From an uncultured Candidatus Saccharibacteria bacterium (lineage in GTDB: Bacteria > Patescibacteriota > Minisyncoccia > Phycocordibacterales > UBA3531): a stretch of DNA of 64,000 nucleotides. This document shows positions 45,052 through 54,688 of this stretch, piece after piece. A program made the translations under genes and the position numbers. Where the stretch lies: positions 10,508-74,507 of the forward strand of contig CAYIAA010000004.1 in the NCBI GenBank assembly GCA_964361405.1, in the 5' to 3' direction. The notes under the pieces are model-generated. The model had not been told where the DNA came from. It saw only the letters and a program-made list of their open reading frames with translations, and searched no databases. Position 1 is the stretch's first letter, and each line of letters opens with the position of its first letter.

Positions 45052-47529
45052 GTGTCTGCCTACGACCACCGCAAAGTAGAGAAGAAGTGGCGAGAAAAGT
45101 GGGAAAAAGAAAATCTCTACCGCACGCCTGAAGACTCGTCCATAGGGCCTACGTCCGAGGACTCCGGTAAAAAGAAATTTTATGCACTCGACATGTTTCC
45201 GTACCCCTCTGGGGATGGACTCCATGTAGGGCATCCGAAGGGTTACATAGCCACCGACGTTTATACGCGGATGAAGCGGATGCAGGGATACCAAGTGCTC
45301 CACCCAATGGGATGGGATGCCTTTGGCTTGCCTGCGGAGAATTACGCGATTAAAAATAAGATTCATCCGAGGGTGGCGGTTGAAAAAAACATTGCGCGAT
45401 TTAAAGAGCAACTATCTCTTCTTGGATTTAACTACGATTGGACTCGTGAATTGAATACCACCGATCCTGAATATTACCGATGGACGCAGTGGGTATTCCT
45501 AAGGCTTTTGGGGAAAGGTCTCGCCTACGAATCGAATGAACCAATCAATTGGTGTCCGTCATGCAAGACCGGACTCGCAAATGAAGATCTTGATGGCGAT
45601 AGTTGTGAGCGTTGTGGAACCAAGGTAGAGAAACGGCCGGTACGCCAGTGGGTGTTGAAAATTACCGATTACGCAGACCGCTTACTCAGTGGTTTGGAAA
45701 AACTCGACTGGCCGGAATCAATCAAAGAATCGCAGAGAAACTGGATTGGAAAGAGCGAGGGGGCCGAGATCGATTTTCCAATCAAAGACTACGATAAAAA
45801 AATTACGATTTTTACCACTCGGCCGGATACGCTTTTCGGCGCGACCTATATTGTGCTTTCTCCCGAGCACCCGCTTGTCCAAGAATTGAAGCCATCCATC
45901 AATAATTGGGACGAGGTTATATACTATGTGAAGATTGCGCTGGCGAAACAGGACATTGATCGCACCGCCGAAGGAAAAGAAAAAACTGGTGTGGCGCTCA
46001 AGGGTATATCGGCGGTAAATCCGGGAACAGGTGAAAATATTCCCGTATGGATTGCCGACTATGTGCTCCCGCACTACGGCACTGGGGCTATTATGGCGGT
46101 GCCGGCGCATGATGAGAGGGATTTGAGATTTTGGAAAAAATATCGTGAACAACTGGGAAAATTTTCTGCGGTCATTTACCCTGACGGAGCGGAACTTGAA
46201 ATACCCCAAATAATTGAAACAGCCGCAGCATATACCCGCGAAGGCATACTGCGCAATTCCGCCGAGTTCAACGGCATGGAGAGCGGCAGGGCACGGATTG
46301 AAATTTCAAAAAAGTATGGCAGATTGAAAACTGCATACCATCTCCAGGACTGGATTTTCTCACGCCAGCGCTACTGGGGGGAGCCGATTCCGGTTATTCA
46401 TTGCCCCGCCTGCGGCGTGGTTCCGGTACCCGAAAAGGATTTGCCCGTGACATTGCCGGACGTGGCGACATACGAGCCGACGGGTACGGAAGAGTCACCG
46501 CTTGCGGGGATTTCAGAGTGGGTGAACGTAGAGTGCCCTCGGTGCGGTGGAAAAGGTAAGCGTGAGACGAATACCATGCCCCAGTGGGCGGGGTCATGTT
46601 GGTACTATCTCCGGTATCTTGATCCAAAAAATAATACGGAGCTTGTGAATCGAGAAAAAGAAAAATACTGGCTTCCAGTAGACCTCTATGTTGGCGGCGC
46701 GGAGCACGCGACACGGCACCTAATCTACGCCCGATTTTGGCACAAATTTCTTTATGATATCGGGGTAGTACATACGGAGGAACCATTTACCAGGCTTCAA
46801 AGTGTCGGGCTTGTACTTGCCGAAGACGGTAAAAAAATGAGCAAACGGTGGGGTAATGTTATTAATCCCGACGACATTGTTGAGCGTTTCGGCGCGGACA
46901 CACTCCGGATGTACGAGATGTTCATGGGGCCCTTTTCACAATCGATAGCGTGGAGTACCGATAATATGGTCGGGGTTAGGAGATTTCTCGAGCGGGTATG
47001 GGAATATGTTACCGATGGGAGTGTGTCTTTGGGGGCAGACGAAAGTAGTGATGAACAAAAAGTACTGCTTCATAAAACAGTAAAGAAGGTGGGTGATGAC
47101 ATAGAGTCTATGCGTTTTAATACGGCCATATCTGCGCTTATGATATATCTCAATGAAACAAAATCTCGGAAACCTTCGCGGCAGAGTATTGAAGCATATC
47201 TGAAACTTCTCGCTCCATTTGTTCCCCATATTGCCGATGAGCTTTGGGAAGAGATGGGACATACTAAATCTATCCACCTTGAATCCTGGCCCATGGCAGA
47301 GCCGCGATATTTCAAGGCGGGGAGTGTGACAATTCCCGTACAAGTGGACGGCAAGGTGCGTGACGTGATGATATTCGATTCTTTACCTACCAAAGAAGAG
47401 GTGGGGAAGAAAGTTAAACAGAGCGAGAAGATACTACGCTTCATTGGGGATAAAAAAATCGTACGGGAGGTTTATGTCGAGGGTAAAATATACTCATTAG
47501 TGCTCGAGAACTTGACGGAAGGAAGCTAA
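45052..47529 (+). CDS. leuS: Leucine--tRNA ligase
   Basis: HVGHPKGY (HIGH), KMSKRWGN (KMSKS), CP1 editing region, Zn-knuckle cysteines (CPSCKTG...CERCG). Confidence 0.95.
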   Translation: MSAYDHRKVEKKWREKWEKENLYRTPEDSSIGPTSEDSGKKKFYALDMFPYPSGDGLHVGHPKGYIATDVYTRMKRMQGYQVLHPMGWDAFGLPAENYAIKNKIHPRVAVEKNIARFKEQLSLLGFNYDWTRELNTTDPEYYRWTQWVFLRLLGKGLAYESNEPINWCPSCKTGLANEDLDGDSCERCGTKVEKRPVRQWVLKITDYADRLLSGLEKLDWPESIKESQRNWIGKSEGAEIDFPIKDYDKKITIFTTRPDTLFGATYIVLSPEHPLVQELKPSINNWDEVIYYVKIALAKQDIDRTAEGKEKTGVALKGISAVNPGTGENIPVWIADYVLPHYGTGAIMAVPAHDERDLRFWKKYREQLGKFSAVIYPDGAELEIPQIIETAAAYTREGILRNSAEFNGMESGRARIEISKKYGRLKTAYHLQDWIFSRQRYWGEPIPVIHCPACGVVPVPEKDLPVTLPDVATYEPTGTEESPLAGISEWVNVECPRCGGKGKRETNTMPQWAGSCWYYLRYLDPKNNTELVNREKEKYWLPVDLYVGGAEHATRHLIYARFWHKFLYDIGVVHTEEPFTRLQSVGLVLAEDGKKMSKRWGNVINPDDIVERFGADTLRMYEMFMGPFSQSIAWSTDNMVGVRRFLERVWEYVTDGSVSLGADESSDEQKVLLHKTVKKVGDDIESMRFNTAISALMIYLNETKSRKPSRQSIEAYLKLLAPFVPHIADELWEEMGHTKSIHLESWPMAEPRYFKAGSVTIPVQVDGKVRDVMIFDSLPTKEEVGKKVKQSEKILRFIGDKKIVREVYVEGKIYSLVLENLTEGS

Positions 47530-47554
47530 GCTGATACAATTATTACCACTGGAT

Positions 47555-48589
47555 ATGAAGCAAATTGTCATCACGTTTAAACCAAGGCAGGTGACTCGCG
47601 CTATCCTCTCTCCGCTCTCTGAGCGGGCACAAGAGGTTATTAAAATGCGTTATGGCCTTGGTTCGGAACCGCGGAAAATGACACTTGAAGCGATTGGAGA
47701 GCGTTATGACATCACTCGTGAGCGAGTGCGCCAAATAGAAAGCTTTTCGTTGGCAAGCATCAGAAAATCGAAAAATTTCGAAGAGATAACTCCGGTTTTT
47801 GACGAACTAAAAGAGATAATGAATGATTACGGAAGTATCGTCCATGAGAAAGATTTTTTGAAACATGTTTCTCCCGAGCCGGCGCTCCAAAATCATATTC
47901 ATTTTCTACTTGTTGTAGGAGATTATTTTGAACGGTTGCGCGAGGACGAAGAATTCCACCACCGTTGGATAGTCGACAAAGAACTCGGCGAGCAAGTGCA
48001 TACATCGCTTCGTAAACTCTATAAAGGACTTTCTCCGGAGGGTCTTGTGAGTGAGTCAGACATTATCGTAAAATTCCTCGATCACCTTCGAGAGGAAATA
48101 AAGGGTATGCGGGACAAGGAAATGGCGGGGCGGTGGCTCCGTATCTCGAAGACCATTGGAAAAAATTCGCTTGGGGAGTGGGGAGTTGCGAGTTCTCCAA
48201 ATGTTCGTGCCCGGGGAATCCGAGACCTTGCCTATCTCGTTCTTCGCCAGCACGGCTCTCCCATGCACTTTACCGAGGTGGCTCGGGCGATCGAAGCGAA
48301 GTTCGGACGGAAGGCACATGTCGCCACTTGCCATAACGAGCTCATTAAAGATAAACGATTCGTTCTCGTGGGACGCGGACTCTATGCACTGAGTGAATGG
48401 GGGTACGAGCGGGGAATTGTGAAAGACGTAATTAAGACGATTCTCACGAAAGAAGGTCCCCTCAAGAAAGAGGACGTTGTCGACCGAGTGCTCAAGGAAC
48501 GACACGTCAAAGAAAACACAATTCTCGTCAATCTTCAGAACAGCAAACACTTCAAGCGCGACGGAAGCGGACGATATATGCCGGTATAG
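47555..48589 (+). CDS. Sigma-70 region-4-like HTH domain protein with a long C-terminal extension (a CPR-type sigma-related DNA-binding protein)
   Basis: N-terminal LSERAQEVIKMRYGLGSEPRKMTLEAIGERYDITRERVRQIESFSL is a region 4.2 HTH. No regions 2 or 3. Confidence 0.6.
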   Translation: MKQIVITFKPRQVTRAILSPLSERAQEVIKMRYGLGSEPRKMTLEAIGERYDITRERVRQIESFSLASIRKSKNFEEITPVFDELKEIMNDYGSIVHEKDFLKHVSPEPALQNHIHFLLVVGDYFERLREDEEFHHRWIVDKELGEQVHTSLRKLYKGLSPEGLVSESDIIVKFLDHLREEIKGMRDKEMAGRWLRISKTIGKNSLGEWGVASSPNVRARGIRDLAYLVLRQHGSPMHFTEVARAIEAKFGRKAHVATCHNELIKDKRFVLVGRGLYALSEWGYERGIVKDVIKTILTKEGPLKKEDVVDRVLKERHVKENTILVNLQNSKHFKRDGSGRYMPV

Positions 48590-48600
48590 GTATAGAGGAT

Positions 48601-49851
48601 ATGTCTGTCGGCGAAGTATTAAGCCAGCTTCGAGAGCCCTTCGGGGAGCTTTTTGGGCAGGTCTATTTCGTTTATTTTGCCACAACCCTCCCGTACTGGG
48701 GGCCACCACTTCTCCTTTGGCTATTCATCTATCTCTGGTTTTTTTATGTCCAAATGTACTTCGCCTCGGAACGAGACTGGATTATGCTCGAAGTGAAGCT
48801 CCCGAAAGATATTATGAAATCGCCCAAGGCGATGGAGGTTGTGCTTAACGTTTTTCACCAGCCTCCGCGCGGGACATGGTTTAACCGTCTCTGGAAGGGG
48901 CAGTTGCGAGCGTGGTTTTCGCTTGAGATCGTTTCTATCGGAGGAAATATAAAATTTTTCATTCGAACACATTCGTTTTTCCGGGAGATGATTGAATCGC
49001 AAATCTATTCACAGTACCCAGAAGTGCAGATTGAGACCGTCGAAGATTACACACGATACGTATCCTACCTCGACCCGGGTTCACCATGGGATTTCTACGG
49101 ACTTGAATGGAAACTTGATAAACCTGATCCGTATCCCATAAAAACCTATATTGACTATGAGCTCGATAAAGAGCGTCGAGAAGCGCGTGAACACGTCGAT
49201 CCGATCACCCCTATTATTGAGCTCATGGGATCTCTCCGGGGAAGCGAGCAACTATGGTTCCAGTTTGTCATCCGTGCAACGGACAAAAAATTCGGACGGA
49301 CGGGCTGGTTTAAGAGAAACGACTGGAAAGATGAAGGACGTGACCTTATACGTAAGCTGACGAAGCGAGATATAAAGGGCCCGGCTACTGAACAGCTTAG
49401 TTTCGCGGAGCAGTCTCTTTCGCCCGGAGAGCGACATGTTGTTGAAGCGATTGAGCGGAGTATTTCAAAATACGGATTTGACGTCGGAATTAGGACTGTC
49501 TACCTTGCCAAAAAGGAAGATTTTCGGCCGATCAGTTTTGTCGGCATGTTTATCGTGATGAAACAGTTCAGCTCTGCCGATCTGAACGGTTTCAAACATA
49601 TGAAAAAAACCGACTGGGACTATCCTTGGGAAGACTTTCGTGGGCATCGGCTCCGTATAAGGAAAAGGAGTATGTTCCGGGCATATGTGAGGAGATGGTT
49701 TTTTTACCCACCGTACCGGAGGCCGTATATGGTGCTCTCCGCGGAAGAGCTTGCAACTATCTACCACTTCCCGGGCGCTGTTTCCGAGACTCCAACTTTC
49801 GAGCGAACTACTTCCCGAAGAGCTGGTCCTCCGCCAAACCTTCCTACCTAA
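48601..49851 (+). CDS. Hypothetical membrane protein (N-terminal TM hairpin, 350-aa soluble domain)
   Basis: Hydrophobic N-terminus (FVYFATTLPYWGPPLLLWLFIYLWFFYVQMYFA). No recognised domain. Confidence 0.5.
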   Translation: MSVGEVLSQLREPFGELFGQVYFVYFATTLPYWGPPLLLWLFIYLWFFYVQMYFASERDWIMLEVKLPKDIMKSPKAMEVVLNVFHQPPRGTWFNRLWKGQLRAWFSLEIVSIGGNIKFFIRTHSFFREMIESQIYSQYPEVQIETVEDYTRYVSYLDPGSPWDFYGLEWKLDKPDPYPIKTYIDYELDKERREAREHVDPITPIIELMGSLRGSEQLWFQFVIRATDKKFGRTGWFKRNDWKDEGRDLIRKLTKRDIKGPATEQLSFAEQSLSPGERHVVEAIERSISKYGFDVGIRTVYLAKKEDFRPISFVGMFIVMKQFSSADLNGFKHMKKTDWDYPWEDFRGHRLRIRKRSMFRAYVRRWFFYPPYRRPYMVLSAEELATIYHFPGAVSETPTFERTTSRRAGPPPNLPT

Positions 49852-50842
49852 AGCTGTGTCCGACATTCTTCGGTACTTAGAGAGAGTAAGAGTCCAACTT
49901 CGCTGTGCAAGCGAAGGATATTCTGTCTTTCTACTTCTCTCAATTATTTTTATTCACTACCTGCTTTTCTCTCCGCCAAACGGATTCCCCGTCAACGGAA
50001 AAATAGTCATCGAAGAGGGGTGGCCACTTGGACGTGTAGCAGAAGAATTAAGTAATAAAAGAGTGGTGCGTTTACCGCAAATATTCACTCTCCTTGTGTT
50101 CGCCTTTCGTGGCAACGCGAGAGCGGTAGCCGGTGAATATTATTTTTTTGAACCGGCTCATGCGTTTTCCGTAGCAGAGAGGGTTTCAAGCGGAGATTAC
50201 GGTATTACTCCATCTCGCATAATCCTTTTTGAAGGATCAACGGTACATGATTACGCGTCGCAACTTTCCAGCATTTTGCCCAATGTTGATGTAAAAACAT
50301 TCATTGAAGCCGCGCGTTTGGATGAAGGGTACCTTTTTCCAGACACCTATCTTTTTTCACCGAGTGCAGATACCGATACAGTGCTCAAAGAGCTTAAGGA
50401 AAATTTTGCAAAAAAAATAGGCCCGCTTTTTCCTGATATTGCTCGGTCTGGAAGAACTCTTCGAGAGATTGTCATTATGGCCTCTATGCTCGAGAAAGAG
50501 GCTTCACGAGAGGAGGATCGGAGGCAAATTGCTTCAGTTCTTTGGAAACGTTTGGACGCCAGTATGCCGCTTCAGGTCGACGCGACACTCGACTACGCAC
50601 TCGGCAAGAACACGTACGAGCTTACCAAAGAAGATCTCCGCAGTGATTCGCCATATAACACCTACGCGTATCGAGGACTTCCCATAGGACCAATTTCTAA
50701 TCCCGGACTTGCTTCGCTTCGCGCGGCGCTCTATTATGAGGATTCGCCGTATTGGTATTATCTTTCCGATCGGCGAGGTATATTGTATTTTTCTAAAACA
50801 TTCGAAGAACATGTGGCATATAAAAAACAATACCTAGAGTAA
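49751..50842 (+). CDS. mltG: Endolytic murein transglycosylase MltG (YceG-like). The track start is a TTG that overlaps the upstream gene by 100 nt. An in-frame GTG at 49856, 5 nt after the upstream stop, is an alternative.
   Basis: N-terminal TM VFLLLSIIFIHYLLF. Conserved YceG region PDTYLF...LQVDATLDYAL...YNTYAYRGLPIGPISNPG. Confidence 0.85.
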   Translation: MQLSTTSRALFPRLQLSSELLPEELVLRQTFLPKAVSDILRYLERVRVQLRCASEGYSVFLLLSIIFIHYLLFSPPNGFPVNGKIVIEEGWPLGRVAEELSNKRVVRLPQIFTLLVFAFRGNARAVAGEYYFFEPAHAFSVAERVSSGDYGITPSRIILFEGSTVHDYASQLSSILPNVDVKTFIEAARLDEGYLFPDTYLFSPSADTDTVLKELKENFAKKIGPLFPDIARSGRTLREIVIMASMLEKEASREEDRRQIASVLWKRLDASMPLQVDATLDYALGKNTYELTKEDLRSDSPYNTYAYRGLPIGPISNPGLASLRAALYYEDSPYWYYLSDRRGILYFSKTFEEHVAYKKQYLE

Positions 50843-50845
50843 TTA

Positions 50846-51397
50846 ATGAAAAAACACAACCTCGTATTTATCGACCTTGAAACAACAGGCCTCGACCCCG
50901 AGCGGCACGAAATCATTGAAATTGGGTGTATTATTGCCCGCCAGGTCGCGCGCCCCGGCAAAGGTCCGGTTGTCGAAAAAATCGAAGAAATTGACCTCAA
51001 GGTTAAACCCGAACATATTGAAACTGGAGACCCGCAATCGTTTCGCATCAACGGCTATACACCGGAAGCGTGGCTTTTTGCCGTTGACTTGAAACCCGCT
51101 CTTGAAAAAATCGTGGAAAAAACTGCGGACGCGATTATGGTCGGACAAAACGTTTCTTTCGACTGGGTATTTTTAGAAAAAGCATTTGCGAAAACTGGCG
51201 TAATACACAAGATGCATTACCACAAAATTGACACCATCGCACTCGCTTTCGCCAAGCTCTACGACGACGACCGAGCGCAAAAGTTCTCACTGCGTTCACT
51301 CTGTGAACTCCTGGGGATTGTGAATGAACACGAGCATACCGCGCTCTCGGACGTACGGGCAACTTACGAGGTCTACAAAAAACTTTTGAATTGCTAA
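50846..51397 (+). CDS. DEDDh 3'-5' exonuclease (DnaQ/epsilon-like)
   Basis: Exo I FIDLETTGL, Exo II GQNVSFDWVFL, Exo III HTALSDVRATYEVY. Confidence 0.8.
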   Translation: MKKHNLVFIDLETTGLDPERHEIIEIGCIIARQVARPGKGPVVEKIEEIDLKVKPEHIETGDPQSFRINGYTPEAWLFAVDLKPALEKIVEKTADAIMVGQNVSFDWVFLEKAFAKTGVIHKMHYHKIDTIALAFAKLYDDDRAQKFSLRSLCELLGIVNEHEHTALSDVRATYEVYKKLLNC

Positions 51398-52515
51398 CAA
51401 TGTCAAGGGGAACCCTTGACAATAGTATGCGGCACAGCAAGGTTATAGTTGCCATGTCTGGCGGCGTGGATAGTTCCGTTTCCGCGGCGCTTCTTCACCG
51501 CGCGGGCTATGACGTTACCGGCGTTTTTATCCGCGTATGGTATCCGCCCGGGATTTATTGCTCGGCGGAAGACGACCGGCGTGATGCGCTCCGTGTGGCG
51601 GCTAAAATTGGTATTCCGCTTCTCACGGTCAATTTGGAAAAAGAGTACAAAACTGCGGTGATAGATTCGATGTTTCGTGAGTATACGCGCGGACGGACGC
51701 CCAACCCCGATATTCTCTGCAATGAAAAAGTAAAATTTGGAGCATTTCGTACGTGGGCGCGAAAGCGTGGAGTTGATGCAATCGCAACGGGTCACTATGC
51801 CCGGATTGTGAAACAAGACGGAACACTCCACCTCCGTGCCGGAAAAGATAAAGAAAAAGACCAAAGTTATTTTCTGTATCGCCTCGGAAATCGGGCACTC
51901 GCGCGGATTATTTTTCCTGTGGGAGCCATGGAGAAGAGTGAAGTACGGGCACTCGCGCGGCGATTTGGTCTCCCCACTGCGGAGAAGAAAGATAGCCAAG
52001 GGCTTTGCTTCGTGGGGAAATTTGATTTCAAGGAATTTTTGAAACACTATGTGCCAGTGAAATCCGGTACCGTGCTCGATACGAAAGGCAAAATCATCGG
52101 GCACCACGATGGAGCTCTTCTCTATACCATCGGCGAGCGGCATGGATTTAATGTGACAAAAAAAAGCCCGCACGATCCGCCGTACTACGTTGTTGGGCGT
52201 GACGTAAAAAAGAATACGCTTACTGTCGCTCGGGGAAATGAAGAAAAGAGATTTTTCAAACGAAAAATAATCCTCTCTCATCCCCACTGGGTTTCTGGAA
52301 AACCGCCCGCACTCTCGGGAACATACCGCGCCCGTATTCGCTACCGCCAACCGCTTCAATCCTGCCGATTAGTAAAACAACCCCCACTTGGAAGCGAAGC
52401 TTCCAAGTGGGGGTATATGGTTGTTTTTGATCGCCCCCAGAGAGCTGTCACGCCCGGGCAATCACTGGTTCTTTACCGCGGAATAGAGTGTCTCGGTGGA
52501 GGAGTGATTACATAG
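51391..52515 (+). CDS. mnmA: tRNA-specific 2-thiouridylase MnmA. It carries an in-frame 33-nt palindromic element near the C-terminus.
   Basis: PP-loop AMSGGVDSS, catalytic cysteines (DILCNEK; GLCFVG), C-terminal AVTPGQSLVLYRGIECLGGGVI. Confidence 0.9.
   Translation: MLTMSRGTLDNSMRHSKVIVAMSGGVDSSVSAALLHRAGYDVTGVFIRVWYPPGIYCSAEDDRRDALRVAAKIGIPLLTVNLEKEYKTAVIDSMFREYTRGRTPNPDILCNEKVKFGAFRTWARKRGVDAIATGHYARIVKQDGTLHLRAGKDKEKDQSYFLYRLGNRALARIIFPVGAMEKSEVRALARRFGLPTAEKKDSQGLCFVGKFDFKEFLKHYVPVKSGTVLDTKGKIIGHHDGALLYTIGERHGFNVTKKSPHDPPYYVVGRDVKKNTLTVARGNEEKRFFKRKIILSHPHWVSGKPPALSGTYRARIRYRQPLQSCRLVKQPPLGSEASKWGYMVVFDRPQRAVTPGQSLVLYRGIECLGGGVIT
52381..52413. repeat. Palindromic element CCCCCACTTGGAAGC-GAA-GCTTCCAAGTGGGGG (15-bp stem) inside the mnmA coding sequence. 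It encodes PPLGSEASKWG in-frame.
   Basis: Seen directly. The same core is at 34258-34290 and, in the opposite loop orientation, at 43955-43979. Confidence 0.8.
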
Positions 52516-52540
52516 CGACTTTGTTATACTAGTCACACCC

Positions 52541-54427
52541 ATGCAATCAGACGAAATCCGTAAGCGATTCCTCGCTTTTTTTGAGAAACGCGGACATACA
52601 GTCATTCCTTCCGCTTCTCTCGTTCCTGAAAACGACCCTTCTGTCCTCTTTACGACAGCTGGAATGCAGCCCCTCGTGCCCTACCTCCTGGGACAGCCAC
52701 ATCCGGCCGGGAAACGCCTAGTAAACGTCCAAAAATGTGTTCGGACGCAGGATATAGATGAAGTCGGGGACAAGACCCACGATACTTTCTTCGAGATGCT
52801 CGGGAATTGGTCGCTTGGGGACTATTTTAAAAAAGAGGCTATTACGTGGAGCTATGAATTCCTGACATCAAAAGAAGAAGGACTTGGACTCGATCCAAAG
52901 CGCCTCTATATTACGTGTTTCGAAGGTGATGCTGACGCGCTGAGTGGCTCGCCCGTAGCATCGCCCGTAGGGCTATGCCCGAGGGACGAAGAATCGGCAA
53001 CAATTTGGAAATCACTCGGCATCCCGGAGAATCGAATTTATTTTCTTGGGAAAGACAGTAATTGGTGGAGCCCGGGTCCTAGTGGCCCTTGTGGGCCAGA
53101 CACCGAGATGTTTTACGACATCACCGGCAATTTGAATCTTTCATCCAAGGAAGAATTTCTCAAAGCGGATAAAGAGCAAAAGGTGGTTGAGATTTGGAAC
53201 GATGTATTTATGGAGTATGAGAAAAAAGACGGTAAAGTAATCGGTAAACTTTCGCAGAAAAACGTGGATACCGGAGCCGGACTCGAACGCCTCGCGATGG
53301 TGACGCAAGGAAAAGACACTATTTTTGAGACGGATTTATTTTCATATCTTATTAAAAAAGCAAAGAAGTTTTCAAGAGATTCTAAAAAACAAAGAATTAT
53401 TGTGGACCATCTTCGCACCACAGCTTTTATGATTACCGATGGTGTGAAGCCTTCAAATACCGATCGAGGATATATTTTGCGTCGCCTTTTGCGAAGGGCT
53501 ATTTTTAACACTGATCAAAAAGTATTCTCAAAAGAAGATATCCAAGAGGTTATAACTTCTGTCGTAGAAAAATATGGAATTATTTATAAAAATTTAAGGG
53601 ATCAAAAAAATGAGACTATAGAAATAATTTTAGAGGAGCAGAAAAAGTTTAGTCAAACACTCAAACCGGCTACTCATGAGTTACTGGACTATTTGCAAGA
53701 TTTATATAATAGCCGCAAATCGGTATTTGAGAAAAATCCATTTGATCGTTGTGTCACAGCTGAAAGATTTTTCTACTTTAATACAAGTAGGGGTATACCC
53801 AACGACTTAATATGGGCAATGATAGAGGATTGTGGACTTTCTCAATTTCAAGAAGAAGGTTTCGAAGAAAAATTAAGATTATTGTTTGATAAACATAAAG
53901 ATATCTCCCGGGCAGGTGCTGAAAAGAAATTTAAAGGCGGACTTGCTGATGAAAGTCCCGAGACGATCCGCCTTCATACCGCCACCCATCTCCTTCATGC
54001 CGCACTTCGAAAAGTTCTTGGCGATCACGTATATCAGAAGGGGAGTAATATCACGCCGGAGCGTTTACGTTTTGATTTTTCTCACCCCGCAAAAATGACG
54101 ACCGATGAAATTAATCGCGTTGAAAAAATCGTAAATGATTCAATCACGATGAGTTATGAAATGCGCCGTGAGGTGCTCACTGTCGATGAGGCAAAAAACC
54201 GCGGCGCCATCGGACTCTTTGATGACAAGTATGCTAAAATTGGTGGAAAAGTTTCAGTCTATAGCACAGTTGATCCGACGAGCGGAAAGGTATATTCAAG
54301 CGAGATATGTGGAGGACCACATGTCGGGTATACACATGAGCTTGGTCATTTTAGAGTTTTAAAAGAGGAGGCGGTGGCGGCTGGCATCCGACGGATTAAG
54401 GCAACACTTAGCCCCTTACCTTCTTGA
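52541..54427 (+). CDS. alaS: Alanine--tRNA ligase, short form (catalytic + tRNA-recognition + editing domains; no C-Ala/DHHA1 tail)
   Basis: N-terminal FFEKRGHTVIPSASLVP...FTTAGM. Editing-domain HxxxH (HTATHLLHAAL) and CGGPHV. Confidence 0.9.
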   Translation: MQSDEIRKRFLAFFEKRGHTVIPSASLVPENDPSVLFTTAGMQPLVPYLLGQPHPAGKRLVNVQKCVRTQDIDEVGDKTHDTFFEMLGNWSLGDYFKKEAITWSYEFLTSKEEGLGLDPKRLYITCFEGDADALSGSPVASPVGLCPRDEESATIWKSLGIPENRIYFLGKDSNWWSPGPSGPCGPDTEMFYDITGNLNLSSKEEFLKADKEQKVVEIWNDVFMEYEKKDGKVIGKLSQKNVDTGAGLERLAMVTQGKDTIFETDLFSYLIKKAKKFSRDSKKQRIIVDHLRTTAFMITDGVKPSNTDRGYILRRLLRRAIFNTDQKVFSKEDIQEVITSVVEKYGIIYKNLRDQKNETIEIILEEQKKFSQTLKPATHELLDYLQDLYNSRKSVFEKNPFDRCVTAERFFYFNTSRGIPNDLIWAMIEDCGLSQFQEEGFEEKLRLLFDKHKDISRAGAEKKFKGGLADESPETIRLHTATHLLHAALRKVLGDHVYQKGSNITPERLRFDFSHPAKMTTDEINRVEKIVNDSITMSYEMRREVLTVDEAKNRGAIGLFDDKYAKIGGKVSVYSTVDPTSGKVYSSEICGGPHVGYTHELGHFRVLKEEAVAAGIRRIKATLSPLPS

Positions 54428-54430
54428 AAT

Positions 54431-54679
54431 ATGGAGTTCCAAGGATTAATCCTCGATTCCGCTACTCTTAACTCTTTTTTCGTAACACAGGGAGGAGCCA
54501 CGCTCTGGGGTATATTCGGCGTCGTCTTCATTCTTTTTCTCGTTGTCTCGGCGGCACTGGTATATCATCTCGAGCGCTATGGATATGACCGATACAGAAT
54601 AAAATTCACCGAACTTCTATTTTTCTCAGTTTCTCTCGTGCTATTATTGGTGATGGCTGGCGCAATACTCTCGTTTTAG
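54431..54679 (+). CDS. Small two-TM membrane protein
   Basis: 82 aa, hydrophobic. Start 4 nt after the alaS stop. Confidence 0.4.
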   Translation: MEFQGLILDSATLNSFFVTQGGATLWGIFGVVFILFLVVSAALVYHLERYGYDRYRIKFTELLFFSVSLVLLLVMAGAILSF

Positions 54680-54688
54680 CTTACTCTC

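Noticed and set aside
49751-49855. 100-nt overlap between the 416-aa hypothetical gene and mltG
   Set aside because: It is probably an artefact of taking the first TTG. An in-frame GTG at 49856 just after the upstream stop gives a normal junction. This is kept as an annotation note only.
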